A stretch of 62,706 nt of DNA, the filler included, from Choristocarpus tenellus KU-1152 (Eukaryota; Protista; Phaeophyceae): assembly GCA_964200185.2 (NCBI GenBank). It is 11 parts of 11 records of this genome, joined end to end, with 100 filler letters (N's around TTAATTAATTAA, not from the genome) between each part and the next. Parts side by side here need not be neighbours in the genome. Positions count along the whole stretch, not along the records: positions 46,058 to 57,038 come from CAXNAD020002588.1; positions 57,139 to 62,706 come from CAXNAD020010396.1; 9 more parts are not named here. The stretch is one strand, 5' to 3'. The position numbers and the translations under genes are program-made. Shown here piece by piece: positions 52,380-62,706 of the stretch. Below the pieces are notes generated by a model. That model was not told the DNA's origin. It did not search any database and was given only the letters and a program-made list of their open reading frames with translations. Positions within the stretch are counted from its first letter, which is position 1, and every line of letters starts with the position of its first letter.

Positions 52380-55300
52380 GATCTCTCATACAGTTGGAGG
52401 AGTCTATTCGAACACCCCCCACAAATGCCACACTTGTGCGATATTTTGTGCAGTAAAGTGGATGAGGTTGTCCCCTAAAACAACCTTCCCCGAACACAAA
52501 AGATATGATACGGACCAAATCTCTGATGTATACCGTGCTGCTTTTGTGAGCAACATTTTGTTTGTATAGGGACATGCGTTGTCGTAGTGCACACACTCAA
52601 TATTGCTATTAGAATACATGAAGTAAGAAATGTCTGTGTAGCAAGATGGTGTGACTATAATGATTCGCGAGGGATGGATAGGAGTCCTAGAATATCGTGA
52701 TGTTCGAGTAAACGTTCTACGAAGTATATTGCTCAGTAATTTCTGAGATCGTTTGCTACGATGAACGTTATGTATCATTCACTCATACTCCGTCTGGAGT
52801 ACAAATGTGCAGTTTCACACTATGCAAATAATAGCAGTACTTCCGAGGTTAGGGAAGATTCAGTTTGAAATACAAACAAGTCTTAACAACTAAAATATCG
52901 AAAAATCAACAAGCACTAGTAGTTTCACTTCCACCTGCAGACCAGAAATCAACCCTGTACCTAGACCATTCTCTCACAGCCCTCCTTATAGTGTGTTTCA
53001 CCTTTGCGGGTATGCTATATAGGAACGAACAAATAAAGAGAAAGAAAATGTAAAATGCTTCGCACTTGTGTCACAGGACTCTCAATCGTCAAGCAGGACA
53101 CCTCCCTATAGTTACCTTTATCCTACCATTACCAGATTCTAGTGCCTACTTGCAAATCTTTGTATGGGTTAAGCGTGGTCCCAGCTTATGTGAGGACCAA
53201 AGGGACATCTTTCGTAACAAATACAACGACCCGCCCTGGATCGGGCGCACGGGTTCAACATGTTCACAATCAACTATCCCGTCTCAATTGTAGTACTCTG
53301 TAAGGAGTCATAGAGATATATCTACTACTACATACCAAATACAAAACATGACCAAATATGGAACAAGCGTTAGAAAAAATATATGTATCACAAACAAAAA
53401 ATATTCTTTTTCGCTTCCATACCCCCAAATCATACCTCATGTGGGGCAGCAATGTCACCCACTTCCTCGAAAAACAAAGAGATGGAAACTACTTCGTGTT
53501 TGCTAATATTTGCATGCACCACATGTTGGCATACATGGCAGTCTACACACCCAATTGTTTGTTCGAGTACAGCAGTTAACATTGGTGTGCTTGCTCGATC
53601 TCCACCCACTCATAATGTCCTCTCCTCAACTACCAGCAAGTGCCTGCAACCTCATACCCAACCATAGATATAAGTTAGTCCGGGGATGCTACTATTAAGT
53701 TTTCACAAGTCATACAGATAGAGTTTCTTGTGCGTATTATTCTTGACAATCATTACAGAAAAAAGTGCCGATTCATTGTTTTAGTGTACAATGGACAAAC
53801 GACATCCCTCAGCACCCCTCTACTCCAGAAATTTACCGATCCCTACAGAGTATTACCTTGTTCCCAAAACTCCTGATAGAAAAGGTGATCCCTGCCCTGA
53901 TATATTTACGCAGATTGTACTACTACACAAAATGATTTTCTCTCAGGTCAGGACACTCCGCCTTGTCCACCCCCCTCAGTCTCATCAGTGCCATCAGCTT
54001 CTAAAGGTTTTGTTCATTTTGGTTTTTCCTCGGGGGACGTACATCCTGCTACCTACCACCACTATGAGGTACGATATTGTTTCTAAGTAGGTCGGTATTC
54101 CATTAAAGTACACCATCAGCCTTTTCGATACCCCTTTGTTTCCGTAGATGTCCATCTTTCTCTCCTCTTCATTTCGCCAAAAAGGACCATGTGTGACGAT
54201 TGGAGGGGAGACTGAAGGGGCCTAATTGGAAATCACCGACCAAGACTATTAACTAGTAAATCTAGTGTTTTGAAACCTTCATGACAGAGCTGTAAGAGAT
54301 ACGATACACTAAAATGTATATATATGTATATATATAATTATTCCAACATTGACCATATTTCAATTCACTTCCTTGCATTTGAGATACAATCTCCTATGTA
54401 AGCAAATATAATCATGATCTGAACCGTACTATCCTAGAGACGGAGTCGGGTGTCCATCGGGGGCCTGTTTGACCCTGTAGTCATTTCCATGTCATTTGAG
54501 TGAACGTGTCAGAGATATGGTCACTTTCCTTCGTCTCATCATGCCTTCCTCTTACATCTCCTCACCTCAAACAAATCAAAACGAAAAGCCCACCTAAAAC
54601 AGGCATCAAACAAACTGGGGCATCTTACAACACCTCATCAAGCCCCCAATGGACAACCTGGGCTAAACATCACCCCCTCTAGAATACCATGACCCATCTG
54701 CACTTCTCATGTGACTAGTGTCATGCTCCCAATAATATATATATATACTCCATGTTGAATCATTTTCCAGCAGTTTGCAGTCCATGTCATTACTGAGCAT
54801 GAACAAAACCATTCCACCAATAACAAGAGTGCTGCTACGAAGCCAACCATATGCTCCCAGCGATTTCCGAAATCATAAATTGCTCTGGGCCCTCCACAGT
54901 GGTGCGTGGAATCCCCCGAGCTTGACACAGAGCATCTGCTGTTCTCACTCCGCTGCGAGTGGTCCAGCAAAGAATTGTTTTCCCCACAGAACCAATTGGA
55001 GCCCTTAGTACCAAAGAAGAGCCAGTCGTGAAGATAGCAGAACAATGTGCAAGACTCAAGACTGAGCCCCAACCTGATGGAAGAGGATGCACGTTGCAAG
55101 CATGAGAGGAAAGGACAATGTAGCCTATTGGCTGATGGTAGCGATGACATATATTTGCAGCAAATTCCTTGAATACTGAACTTAAGAGTAGAAGAAGGAA
55201 GTAACTCCAGCACCACCACCTCAACATGAAGCCGGAGAGATGGTCACTTCTCAAGGAAAACTCAGTCTATCATCTCATATCACTAAGTTTGGGGTCGGAA

Positions 55301-56100
55301 ATGATACTACTTGAACATACATTTCATCCATCCCTCCACACCATCAGTACCTGAGCAGAAAAGTGTCATTGGTGTCATTTCATATCACTCTCTGTCCAGA
55401 CTTGCCTCTTGCTGTACTGACACCTAACCTACCCTGTGGGCTGCCAGGTTCAAATGAGTACATTACCCCAACAGTTCCACACTTCAAGGGTTCTTTCTAC
55501 TTGTGTGTGTTGTATGATAGTGTTATGTATCATTCTCGAATATTGCGTCAAACTGCTGACATAATAGGCATCCACATTGACTCTAGTCAGCGAGATCATT
55601 GTGCTTCCATAACCCTAACCCCAAGTAAAGCTATGTGGAAGTACTCACTGTTGAATTCTCTGTAGATTGAAGAAGCCCCACTCCGTATTTGAACACCAGG
55701 CTGCACACATTGAAGTTGCCATCACCGATGGTTCCTTTCTTACGTAGAAGTTTACATCACGATTCACACTGTGGATATTGTCTTTGAAGCACTCAACAAA
55801 CGTGTATGCTGAAGAAATATCTGTTGACTGGACAGGAAGAGATTCTTCGCGTGGACACCACTTTGAATTCACAATGGGTCATCCGGGGGCACAAACGGTC
55901 ATGATGGTAGGAAGCTATGGTTAGTCCCAGCATTCAACATATAACCTGACACAGCATCAGGTATCAAGCTATTGCACGAGAATTGCTTGACCCATGTCAT
56001 GCCATCATCAATCTTGTGCTACACTAGTATCGTCCATTAAGGTGGAAGCCTTAAGCTCATTGGCCATATGGTGTTGTTTAGGAATGCTTCAAGGCAGTCA
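52380..56100 (-). mobile_element. Highly degenerate Ty3/Gypsy pol remnants, probably more than one element
   Basis: Integrase-like GKVVLGDNLIHFTAQNIAQVWHLWG (~52410-52490); chromodomain-like EQFMISEI...ENDSTW (~54750-54890); PPT-like AGAGGGGGTGA followed by TG (~54667-54680). Boundaries approximate. Confidence 0.4.
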
Positions 56101-56124
56101 ACCTGACACAAGCTCTACCTCTAT

Positions 56125-56125
56125 C

Positions 56126-56155
<30 letters not shown>
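56125..56155. repeat. (TCTG)n microsatellite
   Basis: Direct reading. Confidence 0.85.
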
Positions 56156-56158
<3 letters not shown>

Positions 56159-56604
56159 GTTGTTGTTTGACAGAAATTGCATGGGTACACTATTGTGAAC
56201 TTCTTAGTCAAACGTAACCTTAGCCCTAGCAACTCATACACTACCACCAATTTCTTGACTGGGATCAATAGCATGTCTTATAGATGTCCTCTCCCTCACA
56301 CCAGGCAATATTGTGAGTGTTCAAGGGGTCTAGAAAGGCCAAACGTATACCTTGGTCGAATGACAACAACACCCCACTAACAAAGGTTTCCTGTTAGGGA
56401 TGTAGTGTGGACTAATGTCAACGGTCGGGCACCAACAGTCAGCCTGGCTCTATGGTCAACTCTTCCTGAATTCAAGGCTTCCTGGAAGTTAGTGCCTAAC
56501 GTATGCAAGTATTTTCAAGTTGGCAATGCACACGAAAACACGTGAGCAAGATACAGGGTACCTTCTCAATGAGAAAACAGATATGCAGGGACAATGCTAC
56601 ACAC

Positions 56605-56749
56605 CTGTGCCAAGCATGAATTGCCATAGTTCAAACAGGCCACCCTGGTGCCATTGTACATCATGTTGGTGATGTCACTGTAGAACTCGGAATCACCCAC
56701 ATTTGTAATCACCACTACTGTGATGAAATCAGCACCTGGGTCGACATCT
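56605..56749 (-). CDS. Isolated probable exon, unknown product
   Basis: tctcag|A GAT GTC...GCA CAG|gtgtgt gives DVDPGADFITVVVITNVGDSEFYSDITNMMYNGTRVACLNYGNSCLAQ. Confidence 0.4.
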
Positions 56750-57139
56750 CTGAGAGAAACTGTGTCGATGGCAAGCAAAAGTGAAAATATATATATGTTT
56801 GTGTGTGTGTGAGAGAGAGAAAGAGGAGGGTTAAAGAGTCATTGAGCAGATGTATGCATACTGAAGCAACTTCTCCCCCTGAAGAAATTAAATTCGATAG
56901 ATGTGATGTTAAGAATTCCATTCAGTCACCAGCTATCCGCCACCCCTTACCCACAGCAAAATGGGGATGTGTGAAATGTTAAAGTATCCCCAAAATCATC
57001 AAAGAACATAAAGGTGATAAACCTGGCGAGATTGCTTGNNNNNNNNNNNNNNNNNNNNNNNNNNNNNNNNNNNNNNNNNNNNTTAATTAATTAANNNNNN
57101 NNNNNNNNNNNNNNNNNNNNNNNNNNNNNNNNNNNNNNG

Positions 57140-57436
57140 CGAGGACTGGGAGGTAATGGGGGTGATAGTGGTAGAGGCTTAGGTCAGAAGAAGAGTGCTA
57201 GTGGTGTAGCAGAGGGGGTTTGGAGGTTAGGAGGGCCTTCTCCCTCGGGAAGGAAGGGGGTTGAGCCAAAGTCAAGTTGGAGCCCAGGGGTGGGTCCAGT
57301 GAGTGTTGGTGGACCTGCTGTCTCGGGGGATGGAGAAATGGTGGGTTCAAAGAAGGGGAGAAAGACTAAAGGGGCTAAGGGGAGCAATAAGGGTGTTGCG
57401 CTCTTTTCAAATGCAGGAGTCAGAGGAGGGAGGTGA
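57140..57436 (+). CDS. Terminal exon of a Gly-rich protein, C-terminus reminiscent of RNF10/Mag2
   Basis: Open frame from the contig start ending KKGRKTKGAKGSNKGVALFSNAGVRGGR*; RNF10-family proteins end in a basic run plus LLS/LFS-x-GGxR. Short-motif inference only. Confidence 0.4.
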   Translation, partial: RGLGGNGGDSGRGLGQKKSASGVAEGVWRLGGPSPSGRKGVEPKSSWSPGVGPVSVGGPAVSGDGEMVGSKKGRKTKGAKGSNKGVALFSNAGVRGGR

Positions 57437-59399
57437 AGTCTTTTTCCTATACTCTGATTGCCTGATTACCATTGCCAAAAAGAAAGAATGTGATGTGGAG
57501 TCTCTTTCTAGGCTGGTATTATTGCCAGTTACGTGGGTCAGACTTAGGATGGTATTGGGGTAGTCTGGTAGAGTTTGTACATAAAATTTGTGTTGGTGAA
57601 GTGGCGTGATATTTAGTACAGTGAGATTCATTTTGTTTTTGCTTGATAATATAAATTGTATATATGAACTCGCCATTCATGTTCCAAAATGTGAGCCATG
57701 CCTACAAACACAAATTACATGACATGTACTACAATCTATATTTAATTGGTGTACAGTAGCCGCTGCTGCCTTGCCAAGGAGGAATGCAGGACACTAAGAA
57801 ATGTCTGTAGGGAGTACTACTGCTGATGCACTTTTTCTAAGAGGAAATGGTTAATATATGGTGTAAATGTATTAATAGTACTACTAGTGAAAGTTACCCA
57901 CTACATCATACATCAGTATGAGTCTATGTGCACTATTTCTCTTTTTTTTTTGTCCACAGGCCACCCGCATCCAAGCTCTTCTTATAGTAAAATACTTCCA
58001 AGAATTGCATGCATTAGTCTGTAAGGTCAGGCGTGATTAGAAAATAGAAATTATTTGAGTACCGTCGACGGAAATCTGTTCAAACACACCCAGTCCTCTT
58101 CCTGTTGTTGTGGTCTCTGGCTCGGATTCAGTGGAGTTAGGAGTGTGTTCTTTGGTGGAGGTACACAGTCCCTGACCCTGAAGTCTGGGCAACAGTACTA
58201 CCATCAAGTCTCAAGTCGTTCCTCCTGGAATCCACCATCATGCATGATATAATGATGAGGGAGTACCCCGTACAGGAAACGAACGTTTTTAATACTCCCT
58301 CCACAAATGGAGGAATCTGGAATAAAGATGTTATACATGTATTATGTGGTATGCATTACATAGTATTTCATGCTATAATGTAAGACATGCTTCAATGTAG
58401 TATTGCTAGGAGTATACACTATGTAGAATACTAAATACATGTACTCCAGGTGCATGGGTAGGTACTAATTCACAAATATGCAACAAGAACCATGCACAAA
58501 GTGGGTTCAAAGACAAGAGTGGTGGATAGATCACCAGGGAGGACCCATGCAAGTAGTATGTGAACTTTTAAATAACCAATACTTCGAGTTATTGAGTAAG
58601 AATTAAACAATAAAATCGCACTTCAAATTGCCAAGGATATAATGAAAATTATGTGAAGCACACTATATTTAAAAAAGGCATATTACCTGCCTACATCCTC
58701 TTCGCACCACTCGAACATCACCTAATACATATTATTATGCGAATACCCTTCAACATTATCATTGCCTACTCTTCTTAGGTATTACTGCTACTAATATTAT
58801 TATTGTTACATGTTTGACATGATCCAAAAACAGATGGATTGATGTATATAGGATGGTAATTTATTTATATTTGGCTTAATGCAACATGTCATATATGGTA
58901 ATTCGAAGTATATCGTACACAGTAGTATTAAACCCAACATTTGGTCGGCAGCAATCTCCATTTTTTCGTCAAAATCGGCGACCCACAATCTTGAGCTACT
59001 ACTGGAAAACCAGGTTTACTGAATCGGCAAATTCTATTCATACATACATTTGTTACATGAATTGAATCTAGAGAGCCAAAACTTGGTCTAGAAAGTAATG
59101 TTCCCATTGCTCAACTGTTCCACCAGGTAGAAACTGAACCCTTGTTTTCCGGAGGTCTACAACATCAACAATATCAGCAAAAAATGCCCAATACTGTTGC
59201 AATTTGGGCTCGACCTATCCATAGTAGTTGATGATGCATTCTTCCACACCCATTGTTGGCTTGAATGCAATGGAATGGTAACAAAAACATGTGTTCAAAC
59301 AATTTGAGTACTTGATTAATGTGTAGCATTTATGTATCAGTAGCATTTCCCAATGTACAACTTCTTTAGTACTTGATGAGCACAGACCAATACCTATGA

Positions 59400-59850
59400 T
59401 GAGAAAGTCAATTTACTAGTGGATTGAAAAAAGGTAGGGCGGGTCTCACATTTACACATCACGATCTACCCCTTTCCATCCTCAAAGAATGCAATGATGC
59501 ATCCAATACACCAGGATCTGCTTGTAGTCAGAACCACTTCTTGACATCGAGCAACAAGAATCAACATTGAACCAAAATATGGTTTAGTCCTACTTCATGA
59601 AACCAGCGATGAAATAATCTAGTGGCCCCCTCTTTTCTTTCACATCTAATTGATCAAAGCTCCACAGTTGTTTGCTTTTGTACTCCGAGGAGTGTGAAGT
59701 GATGTCTATTAAAGAGGCGGCATTGCAACTGGTAGGTCCCCCCCTCCTCAAAAAGGCATAATAAATATGTTAAACGTGAAGGATAGACATGCAAACCTTT
59801 ACCACTGGACCAGAGCTCACTCGACTGGCATAGGCAGACTCCTACCAGAA
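59400..59850 (-). mobile_element. Degenerate ISL2EU/Harbinger-like (IS5 group) transposase remnant
   Basis: VYPSRLTYLLCLF...RLFN, then after a frameshift KRGPLDYFIAGF, resembling 'AYPxRLxDLxxLFG...FN...KGAPLxNCxGFIDG'. Many stops. Confidence 0.45.
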
Positions 59851-62562
59851 CAGCATGAAGATAAGTGGCAAGGAAAACCACAGGACCGATAACATCCCTA
59901 ACATTGCTCCCCCAGAAGCAGGCACAAAAGTTCACATACATAGGGTGTGTATTTAGCATGTATTGTAAGCAAAGCAAATTTGAGATCATTGGAAAAAGAA
60001 ACACCAACTTGTCTATTTCCGGGCCAAGCTTTTCCAAGAAAATTACTTCAACAAACGAAATAAGGAAAGGATTGTTCCAAGAACTTCTAACCACGACCTA
60101 AAAAACAAAAATAACTGGCATGCTCTCCTCTACACCTACATCGCCATGTAACTATCCTTCATTGCCTTTCTCATCATCACTACCTCCTTCCTCTTCCTCC
60201 TCCTCTTCCGACATTTCTTCTCCACTCTCTTCATCTTCTTCATCATCCTCTGCACTCTCAGATGAAACGTCGCTTTCGCCTCCCTCCTCCTCCTCCTCCT
60301 CCTCAGACTCTGTGAAAACATGAATTCATAGTTAACATACCTCTAGAATAAAATGTGTTGCTCACTAGGAAAAATACTCTCAACAATACATCAACGCTTC
60401 TCATCTTCTTGGAGGAGTTTTGGGACTAGGAGTTCCAGCCCAAGACTGACTCATCTTATCATGATCAACAATTACTGTATAAACCATCAACCCTAAATTT
60501 GCCAATTATTTGTAACATATTATTTGACCGCAAGAAGGGCAATTTCCTCCCAAAGTACATCAACAAGAACTCAGCATTCTCAGATCTATTCTTGGGGAAG
60601 TTTTTTTTTTCTCAGAACAAAATACGTCAACCCTAACCCTAAGTTGAAGGAGCGACCCTCTCACTATCAAAAGAGTAAATTTGACAGCAAGTAACCCTAA
60701 CCCTAACTTTGAACATGCTTGAACGACATGCTATAGAGGAACAAACTACACCTGACAAAACAGTCAACAGGGGAAAGTGCTCTACCGGAACAAAGGAGGC
60801 GGTCTCTTACACAGAGTACAAGAATTTGGTAAGCAAAAATACACAGGCATACGGCACGATTGTTCTAAGACAATATATGACCAACCTTTCATCCAATTCT
60901 TGTTTCGGCATCACAGAGCTCGGACATACACATGGGCACAATGGTTCCCATGTTGAACTTATCACTTAAAATATGAAATTTAATATCTTCGAGGAGATAC
61001 ACCATACCCCTCCGCACCTTAGACACTCAGCAAAGGTTTGACAAATATGGACCAATTTTCGGTATATAAGTTCTTGATGTACATAGACAGCCCCATGGTA
61101 TACATTAACAAAATATGAAAATTCAACTCCTTAAGGACAAGTCGGATTTCGGAATTACTAATCAAAATGCCACAGGTACGAGCTCTGGGATGTTAAACCT
61201 AAAATCGGAACATGTATTGGCCAGGAATATTTCCAGAAAAATCGCACTGTTGTATGCCAGCATTTAGTTTCAATCACCAAAATTTCGTACTCTGTAAAGA
61301 GACAACCTAAAGTTTGTTCCCGTTGAGCAAACAGTGGAAGAGAGTGATCACCACAAATACAGTTTGCAAAATCAACTTGCAAGAGCCATGTCCGAACACC
61401 CTGGAAGAGTACACTACATAGCGTGTACCATTTTGATTTTTAAAAATCTACATATCTCACAATAAAAACTGTCCAAAAACACTTTCACAAAATCAATTTA
61501 TACCCTCCTTATATATTCCTCTGCCTGGGCAACTATTTCACAGAGGTCTTCTCACTTAGTGCTCATTTCACTTGTCCAATATATATATATATATATATAC
61601 ATACACCCAGCCCCCAGCACTTCAACAAAAAAGAAAATCAGATAAATTGGACATTATTTTTTCTGGTCAAGAGTCCAATAAGAAGCAGACCCGAACCGAT
61701 CAGAGAGTAGACAAAAGGGCTATCAGAGAGTATAATTATCACAATGTAAAGCACAAGCGCTCATTAATGACCCTAACCGTCAGTGCAGGAAATCGGGCAG
61801 TCCTCACATATTGCATCCATCTTTTTTTTAATCACATGAGACATGAGGGATAGGAAACCCCAACAAATTTCGATATCTCAACGACTCCCATTGATCTTAA
61901 ACAATCAGGAAGGCGTTTTCAATTCTGACATCACAGTGTCAGTCCTTCACAATCCAATACACACAGCTCAGAGGCGATGTCTTCTCAAGAACCCTCCACA
62001 GAAAATATTCGAGAACAGAATTAACAGCAGTGGTAAATGGTATCTTGCTAATTTCCATGGAGCACACAGTTCTCACAATTCAAAATCAGTAAGAAGTTTC
62101 CTAACAGTTGAACAATCACTATACCCAAAGCTGGTGTTCCGGAATATTCATGAAATTGACAACGACTCTATTGTAACATAAATTGGGCATTCACATAGCA
62201 ACAGTCTCTTGCCATCCTCCTCAGAATTAAAAATTGATGCCAAGATCTAAGTTTGCTCATTTCACTGTATAGAGACCAAAAAGGGACTAGAATTGCCTCC
62301 CCTGCTGGTTTATTTCCATGGGGCACAAAAAAAATAATAGCAATGCCTCACTTCCACTAGGAAATTTCAAAAGCGTTTCGGAATGAAGCTACACAAAGCA
62401 AGAAATCTCTAAAAATACCTCAAATGTGGACAAGAATCTGCCATGCCAACTTGAAGGCCCTGACATACATATTCCAATACAAAAAAAAATCAACACAAAA
62501 ATATATAAAACAAAAAAATAATTCTTCATGCATGCACACACGCATGCACACGACCCACTTAC

Positions 62563-62706
62563 CACCCTCCTCTTCATCCGCCTCCTCAAACACCGCCTCT
62601 GGTTCTATCAACTCCCCACCCCCCTGCCCCCTTGCGTCCCACCCCTGAACCCTTCCTTCCTCCCCCCTCCCCCCCCTCTTGGGTTTGGCAAAAACCAAAT
62701 CCCACC
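62563..62706 (-). CDS. Probable exon of an unidentified gene entering from the window end
   Basis: ...FAKPKRGGRGEEG...EPEAVFEEADEEEG|gtaagt, a strong donor site. Confidence 0.4.

Noticed and set aside
58257-58302. GAGGGAGTA ... TACTCCCTCC Stowaway-like ends
   Set aside because: They face outward and no partner termini were found.
60120-60323. Acidic/Ser-rich ORF as a host gene
   Set aside because: Low-complexity tract with in-frame stops next to a decayed transposase; no splice structure established.

Overview
Eukaryotic, intron-rich nuclear DNA (short GT-AG exons, long AT-rich introns, TTAGGG motifs). A stramenopile such as a brown alga is my inference. The window is not a continuous locus: it is 11 contigs joined by ten artificial 100-nt linkers (N44-TTAATTAATTAA-N44), so neighbourhood arguments hold only within a contig. 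Host genes that can be spliced together by eye, mostly truncated by contig ends: a tandem-WW, possibly PCIF1-like gene with five ~36-aa repeats, head-to-head with ubiquitin; two CLC chloride channel exons; the last exon of proteasome ATPase RPT4; a CCDC81-like gene head-to-head with a CDK1/CDKA-type kinase (PGTALRE); a possible RNF10-like last exon; and several unidentified exon chains. The standout is an intact, two-exon, ~906-aa BED-finger/hAT-derived gene lacking both catalytic Asp residues and the CxxH His, i.e. a candidate domesticated transposase. The rest is decayed mobile DNA: a DD39D-type mariner with a Stowaway-type TIR, a two-ORF PIF/Harbinger element, an ISL2EU/Harbinger-like remnant, a CRE-like RLE fragment and Gypsy fragments. 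There are also two related MITE families (13 copies) sharing an AAAGTATCT TIR core and GTCCATTTGG subterminal boxes but differing in TSD length (mostly 4 bp vs 3 bp), with family B nested twice in one family A copy. All calls are by eye; no database searches were run.
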